Origin: Cyanophora paradoxa CCMP329
Taxonomy: Eukaryota; Plantae; Glaucophyta
DNA: 64,000 nucleotides
Assembly: GCA_004431415.1 (NCBI GenBank)
Contig: QPMI01000325.1
Location: 2,355 to 66,354 of the forward strand
Direction of reading: 5' to 3'
Within the stretch, counting starts at the first letter, position 1; every line of letters starts with the position of its first letter. The notes below the pieces were generated by a model. The model saw only the letters and a list, made by a program, of their open reading frames with translations. It did not search any database and was not told where the DNA came from. Positions 57,508 through 64,000 of the stretch are shown here, piece after piece. Made by a program: the position numbers and the translations under genes.

Positions 57508-60500
57508 TCAGAAAAGGTTGACGCGCTTCTTCTCGGTGCCTGTGGGGGCCGGTGAGGGGCGCGGGGGTGGCGGAGGGGCCGACGAGGGGGCGGACCCTGC
57601 TTCCAGGCGGGGAAGCCGTAGAACTGCTGCTTGTCGTAGCCGAAGACCTGGACGAACTCGTGGTCCGAGAGGTACGCCTCCCGCACCCGCCCGTCGATCC
57701 CCTCCCGCACGCAGTTCGGCGACCGCGTGTTCAGGCAGTCGTACGGCTGCGACACCCCGGCTCGCGCTCCCGTGCGGCGCCTCGCGGGAGGAGGCGGGAG
57801 CGCGCACCAGGAACTGGTCCACCTGCGGGATCTGCACGTTGCTGTAGCCCGCGTTCCCGCCCGGCGGCGGGGGGCCGCCAGGGCGCGCGCCGGGGCCGGC
57901 CGGCGCTGGCGCGGGGGTTTCAGGGGTCGGGAGGGGCGGGGGGCGGGGCCGGGGCGGTCACCTCCGTACGAGGCCGGCTGCCAGCAGGGCCGCTGCCGCC
58001 GTACGAGGGGCCCGAGGGGCGCGGCGCGTTGGCCCCATCGGCCCGTACGAGCGCGCGCCGGGGCCGGCGGGGCCGGCGAGGTACCGTACGGCCCGCGGGC
58101 CGGCGCCGGCGGCGCGGCCGGCGCGCCGTACGGGCCGCTGGGGCGCGACGGTGCCGGGGCGCCGGGGGCGCTCCAAAGGAGCCGCCGGGGCGTGTAGGGG
58201 CCGGGGGCGCGGGGGGAGCGCTGTAGCCGCCCGACGAGGCGCCGTACGAGGCGCCGTACGAGCCGCCGGACGAGGCGCTGTAGTAGGGCGCGGCCGGGGG
58301 CCGGGCGGCGGCTGACGGGGCGCCGCCCTGCTGGATGCGGGCCTGCGGGGCGTCAGGTGCGGGGCGGGGTGGGGCCGGGGCGCGGGCGCACGAGCTTCTG
58401 CTCGTAGGGGTCCACGAAGCGGCGCTGCGGGGTGTCGTTCCAGCCGAGGAAGTGGCACGTGAAGGTCGGCGGCTCCTGCCCCGAGTAGACGGCCGTCACC
58501 GCCCCCCGCCTCGCTCCCATCGAGTGCGCGTACTGGTCCGCCACCATCTGCGCCCCGGCGTCGGCCCCGGCGGATGGGGAGGGGCGGGGGCGGGGGGCGG
58601 GTGCGGGGACCAGGGCGTTGTCGCGCTCGGCCTGGTTGGCGTTCTGGCCGACCCACACGAAGAGCTCGGAGAACACGTCAAGAATAAAAACTGAAGAACT
58701 ACTGCTCAGTAGACGCCAAAGAACAGCCAAAAACGTGTTAACCATCTTCCTCGAGGAGGTCGTCCTGCGCGAAGTTGAAGAGCTCCTCCACCCGGAACCG
58801 GCCCGTCGCGTTGCTGCAGTGGAACAGCCGCGGCTCCGCCGGCAACGTCCCCTGGAACTTCGTCTCCGGGTACGGCGCCCGCCCGCCCAGCGCTGCCCGC
58901 CTCTCAGCGCGGCCGCGGGGAGGCGGATCGGGGGCGGGCGGGGCGCGAGCGCGCCCTGCCAGAAGGGCTGCGGCTCCTGGCCCTCAACGATCTCGTTGAG
59001 CTCGCGCGCGCCCTTCAGCTGCTGCAGGATGTACGCGATCTGCGCACGAGCTCGGGCCGCGCCCCGCCGGGCGGGGCGGGGCGGGGCGGGGCGGGGCGCG
59101 CGGACGTTCTGGGCGACCTGGCGCTCGTCCTGGGTGGCGCCGGAACCGTACCAGGCGAAGACGCGGCCCGGGGTGAGGAGCACGAAGGAGTCGCCCGAGT
59201 TGAGGTGCCCCGCGACGGGCTCCACCTCCACGGCGCGCGTCGTCACCGGCGAGAAGCCCCGCACGTGGTACAGCGCGTGGTCCGAGATCCCCCGGCTCGC
59301 CTCCTGCACGTTACGGAAGCCCGACGCCGTGCCGCCCTGGCCCGCACCGCCCCGTCGGCCCCCGCAGGGCCCGGGCGGGGCGGGGCGGGGCGGGGCGGGG
59401 CGGACGCGGTGGATGATCATGTGGCCCTGGAAGAGGGCGAGGAAGTGGGAGGGCTCGCGGTTCATCTCGACGCGGACCTGCACGGGGTAGCCCCCCATGC
59501 TGTCGTCCAGCTGCTTCGCGATCATCGCCGACGCCGCCTTCTCGTCCTGCGTCGACTCCCGCCCCTGCCTGCACCCGCCGCGCCCGCCCCGGCTCGGCCC
59601 GGGCCGCCGCCGGGAGGGCCGGCCGGCGGGGCGGCGGGGCGCACCAGAAGTAGATGACGCAGGCGTCGGCGTTGCCCTTCTTGTAGCGGTACACCACGAC
59701 GTACGAGTCGCCGGCGAAGAAGTGCCTGCCGGCGCTCAGCGCGCCCGGCGCCGGGGGGCCGGACGGGGCGGGGGAGGCCGCGCCCGTAGAGCTCGTGGGG
59801 GTAGGGGACGGCCTGGAGGTTCTCGATGCGGTAGATCTCGACCGTGCCCGACATCGTCGGGTCGATCAGCGTCTCTTGCGGCCGCTCCCCGGGCCGCATC
59901 ATCACAGCCGCCGCCTGCTGCGCGTTGAACGGGCCGCCATTCACCTCTGACCGGCCCCGCGGCGCCGAGTGAGCGTGATCTGGGAGGCCGGCGCCCCCCC
60001 GCGAGGGAGGCGGGGCTCACGGGCGACGCCGCGGCCGGCGACGGCTCCGGAGGGGGCCTTGGAGAAGTCGGTGCGGGTGCCCCAGTAGGAGAACTTGGAC
60101 TTGAACCAGGCGTTCTCGTAGCCCTGTGAGAGCTTGATGACCGGCGTCCCCTGCGGCTTCTTCGTCATCTGCAGGTACGCCCTGCCCCTTCCGCATCAGC
60201 GACGCCCCCGCGGGCCCCTGGGCGGGAGGGCGGCGGGGCAGGGGCGCACGTCCCGATCTGCATGGCCATGCGCTTCTCCTGCTGGGTGGTATTCTTGCCG
60301 ATCCAGATGAAGACCTCGCTCCCCGCGTCCACCAGGAAGGCGTCCTGCCCCGCCCGCCCCCCTCAGCGCGCGGAGGGCGGCGGCGGGGGCGGGGGGCGGG
60401 GCCGGGGCGCGCGTTGGGGTCGAGGCTGTGCGGGTCGAGGATGCCCTGCGCCTCCGGCGTGAACTGCACCGACCCCGTCGCGTCCGAAATCCTGCCCCGC

Positions 60501-61855
60501 CCCGCCCCCGCCCCGCCCAAGGTCAGGCCCTCGGCCGGGCCCCGGCGCCGCGCGCGGCGGGCGCGGGGCACCGGAAGAGCTGCGTGTTGGTCGTGTTGTG
60601 GCGCTCCGCCTCGTCGTCGTCCCCGCCGTACTGCGCCGGCTTCGCCTGCCGGTAGCCCCCGAGCGCCTGCCAGAAGCTGCCGCACGCTCAGCGGGGCGCG
60701 GAGCGGCGGGGAGCGGCGCGGGGCGGCGGGGAGGGCGCACTTCTGCTCGTTGTCCTGGCCCTCCTCGAGGACGACAAGCTGCGTCTTGGCGCTCCCGCCG
60801 TGCTCGTTGACCAGGTCGCTCGCCACGTCCAGCGCCCGCGCCTTCTCCGCCTTGTTCGCCGACCGCCCGTTCCACTGGTACACCGCGCTCGCGTTCGCTG
60901 CGACCCCGCCTCGTCGCTGGGCCCGGGCCCGGACGCGGGAGGGCGCGCACGGTGGTCGAGGATGAAGACGTCGCCCGAGTTGAGGGAGTCGCCGGAGAGG
61001 GGGACCTGCGGGCGGGTCGCACCGCAGAAAAGGAGCGGAAAGGAGGGGGAAGGGAGGGCAGACCTGGGCGACGCGGACGTGGCGCTTGCCCTTGATCTGG
61101 AAGAGACGCGCGACGTTGGCCTTGCGCTTCTCGTCCTCGGCGTTTTTGAAGCCGGACTTGACGCCGCCGTCGAGGACGACGATCGTGCGGTTGCGCCAGA
61201 GCGAGCGGAAGGCCTCGCTCTCGTAGCCCTGCGTCTCCCGGTGCTGCACCGGCGCGCCCCCGAGGTGGTCGTCCAGCTCCACCGCCTTGTACGCCGCCAC
61301 GCCGTACTCGTCTTGCGAAGACTGCGCCCCAATCCAGAAGTAGAGGTCATAGGCGTAGCTGCGCAATCGTCAGTAAAGGAAGACCAGAACCGCTTGCCAA
61401 GCGAGCGTACGCGTTCGAGCCAGGGACTTGTTTCGTGTGCAGAATCAGGTAGGAGTCGCCCGAGTAGAACCGACCGTATAGCTGCGCGGTCGTCGGTCAG
61501 AGCCGAATCTGAAGTCGGAGTGAAGCGCTAGCTATCGCTCGGAGGGCGGCCCGCGCATAGCTCCGTCCGTTTTCGCAATGAATGCTCATTGGTCTTTCCT
61601 CCGCTGGCGGATTCGCCACGGGCCAGCGCCAAACGAAACCGCGGCTTATCGGGCGCAGCCAACGGCCAACGGCCCGGTGCAGGCACGGCGGGGAGCTGCA
61701 GAGACACGCACGTTCGGGTCGTAATGGTTCAGCTTCATGTTCTCGACCCGCCATATTTGGATGCCTGGATCGAAACCTCAGATCCAGGCGGGTTCCTGGA
61801 CGGGTTCAAACGCACCGGGACGGCTTCCCGCGCCCTGAAAGATGGGATCCGTCAT
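57508..61855 (-). CDS. VIL: Villin (six gelsolin repeats, Pro/Tyr/Gly linker, headpiece)
   Basis: GIQIWRVEN, YGRFYSGDSYLIL, FWIGAQSSQDEYGVAAYKAVELDDHLGGAPVQHRETQGYES, LNSGDVFILD, and headpiece REAYLSDHEFVQVFG..FPAWKQ..KKRVNLF. Confidence 0.95.
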
Positions 61856-62017
61856 TCGTGTGTGTGCTTGACTCTGATTCTCTGCAACGCCGCCGTGCGC
61901 GGAGCCCGAACGGCGAATGTGAAAACCGAGCGCCCCGGGTACGCACTCCGCGATGGGTTCGCCACCCCGCTCTCACGTCGCCAGCCTGGGCTGACCGCGA
62001 GCGGTGCAGGGATTCCG

Positions 62018-64000
62018 ATGGACGATTCAGAGAACGCGCAGGTGCGACAAACCCGGCGCGTGTGCTTGGGAGTCTGATGCCGATGACCGCTGCCACGCCG
62101 CGCACAGGATGAGCCGCCTGCGGTCGATAGCTGCGTTACGCCTGGCCACAAATGCAACCACATTCGCTCGAGCGTGAAGCAGAGCCGCGTCAGCAAGGTA
62201 GCTGTACGAGCTTTCGCCCCGCCCCTGCCGCGCTCACCGCACGTGCAGGGCCTGAAGACATCCGTCGGCGGCAAGGCGTCGAACCCGTTCGGCGTGGCTT
62301 GCGAGGTGCGCGCTCTGATCGCCACGGCGCGATGCCCGGCCGAACGCCGCGAACAGGACTGCTCCAAGAAGGGCACTGAGAGCAAGCTAACCAAGGATCC
62401 AGTATGCTTTGCGCATCTATGGCCCCGCCTAGATGCGTTCGGCGCTCATCCCGCGCCCCCCTGCAGAATGCCCCACCAGAAGCCGCCCAGCAGTTGTGGG
62501 TTCGCCGTGCCGGCGCGCCGCGTCGACGAGTGCTGACCGCGCGCCCGTCGAAGATATGCCTGAATTGCGGGAGCGTGGTGTGCGAGGCGGGTCACATGCA
62601 GAACCACGCGCACAAGCAGGCCCTCCACTGCATCCTCCTTAACCTCGAGAGCCTCCGCGTCATGTGCCCGCCCCGCCCGCCCCGCCCCGCCCGCCCCGCG
62701 CCCATTGTCCCTCCCAGGTGCTTCGCCTGCAAGGAGGAGATTGAGTCCTCCAGCGGCCGCGGCGGCGGCGCCATCGACGGTGCGGCTGCCCGGCCGGCCG
62801 AACTCGAACGCGCGGCAGGATACCTGAACATGGCGCGCGGCCTCCGCGCAGAGTGCCGCAAGCTCGTCCGACAGGCCCTTCCTGCGGACAAGCGCCTCAC
62901 GAAGGGAGCGCGAGTGCCCCCCGTGCCCGGTGCGTCCCTGCACCGGCGCCGGCGGCGTGCGGCGGGCCGACGTGCGCGGGTGCAGGCAAGGTGGAGACGG
63001 CGAGCCCGAAGGCGGCGGCGGCGAAGGCGGCGATGCAGCGGAGCGCGAAGCAGGCGCCGGGGAAGCTGAAGCAGGAGGCGGCGGCGGGCCCGGTGGTCTC
63101 GGGGGAGGTGGAGGGCGGGGCGCGGCGGGGCGGCGGGGTGAAGGGCCTCGTCAACCTCGGCAACACCTGCTTCTTCAACGCCGTCGTGCAGGTGCCCCCG
63201 CGCCCCGCCCCGCCCCGCCCCGCTCTGCCCCCTGCCGGCGACGAGCCGCGGGGCAGTCGCTCGTGCAGACGGTGCCGCTGCGGCGGCTGCTCATCGGGGA
63301 GCTGGTGGAGGGGGCGGCGGCGCCGGCGGAGAGCGCGCCGAGCGGGGCCCCCGACCTGCGCGCCGTCCCGGGGCCCCTCACCGCCGCCTTCCGCAAGGTC
63401 CGCCCCCGCCCCCGCCCCCGCCCCCGCCGCTGTGGGCCCGGGGCCAACGTGGGCGCAGCTGGCGGGGGCGATGTGGGGCGCCGCCGGCTCGACCGTCAAC
63501 CCCCGCGAGCTCTTCGACCAAGTCTGCAAGAAGTGCGCCCCGCCCGCCCCGCCCGCCGGCGCCCCGCCCACCCGGGCGGCGGCAGGGCGCCGCGCTTCAA
63601 GGGGTACCAGCAGCAGGACAGCCACGAGCTGCTGCGGTACCTGGCGGAGGGGATCCGCAGCGAGGAGCAGGCGCACCGCACGGCGCTGCGGGGCCCCGCG
63701 GGGGCGGGGAAGGAGGCGAAGGGGAAGGAGCGGGAGCCGCCGCTGCTCTTCGACTCGGTCTTCGGGGGCGTCCTCCGCAGCACCGTCGTCTGCGACGCTT
63801 GCGGCAGCGTGCGCCCCCCCCCCCCCCCCCCCCCCCCCCCCGCCCCCGCCCCCCGAGCCCGCCGGGGCCGACGGGGGGCGGGGCAGGTCTCGAGCGTGCT
63901 GGAGCCCTTCCTAGATCTCTCCTCCCATCCCTCCCCGGAGGCCCTCGCCGCCCTCGCCCCGCCCGCCCGGAGGCGCCTCTCCGGAGGCCCCGCCGGCCCA
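62018..64000 (+). CDS. Ubiquitin-specific protease with ZnF-UBP (USP16/45-like), 3'-partial
   Basis: KCNHIR, WICLNCGSVVC..HMQNH..CFAC, Cys box GVKGLVNLGNTCFFNAVVQ, FKGYQQQDSHELLRYL, FGGVLRSTVVCDAC. Confidence 0.9.

Noticed and set aside
1-64000. Hundreds of long overlapping Pro/Arg/Gly/Ala-rich ORFs, up to 1017 aa
   Set aside because: These result from stop-codon scarcity at extreme GC and read-through of (CCCCG)n introns. Conserved motifs appear only in the spliced frames.

Overview
Gene-dense, very GC-rich nuclear DNA from an intron-rich eukaryote. It is probably a flagellated alga with a primary plastid, glaucophyte-like. That is an inference from four M-x-(A)F-V transit peptides without signal peptides plus a radial-spoke gene. 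The supplied ORF track is mostly noise because genes are broken by many 50-70 nt introns. Splicing by hand gives 24 protein-coding genes: DNMT1/MET1, a small hypothetical, a cNMP-binding protein, WDR46/Utp7, a kinase-only VIP1/PPIP5K, RSPH4/6, a CNRIP1 homolog, a DDX59-type zf-HIT multi-zinc protein, ThiD, a MATH-pseudoUSP-UBL-pseudokinase fusion, an ARM protein, two further hypotheticals, an alpha/beta hydrolase, LMBRD2, PrxQ, IscX, a divergent SMC2-like protein, a GNAT, a PsbP-domain protein, kinesin-12, a DUF1647-like protein, villin and USP16/45. The main signals are: (1) a G-to-C sawtooth phased to splice sites that controls synonymous codon choice within exons; (2) introns with G[T/C][G/C]CG donors, about one third GC-AG in DNMT1, and no polypyrimidine tract; (3) PrxQ and IscX in frame and only 9 nt apart; (4) a tRNA-like structured element at 36.3 kb; (5) a fusion of two apparently dead enzymes. 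All gene models were built by eye, so exon boundaries need RNA-seq confirmation.
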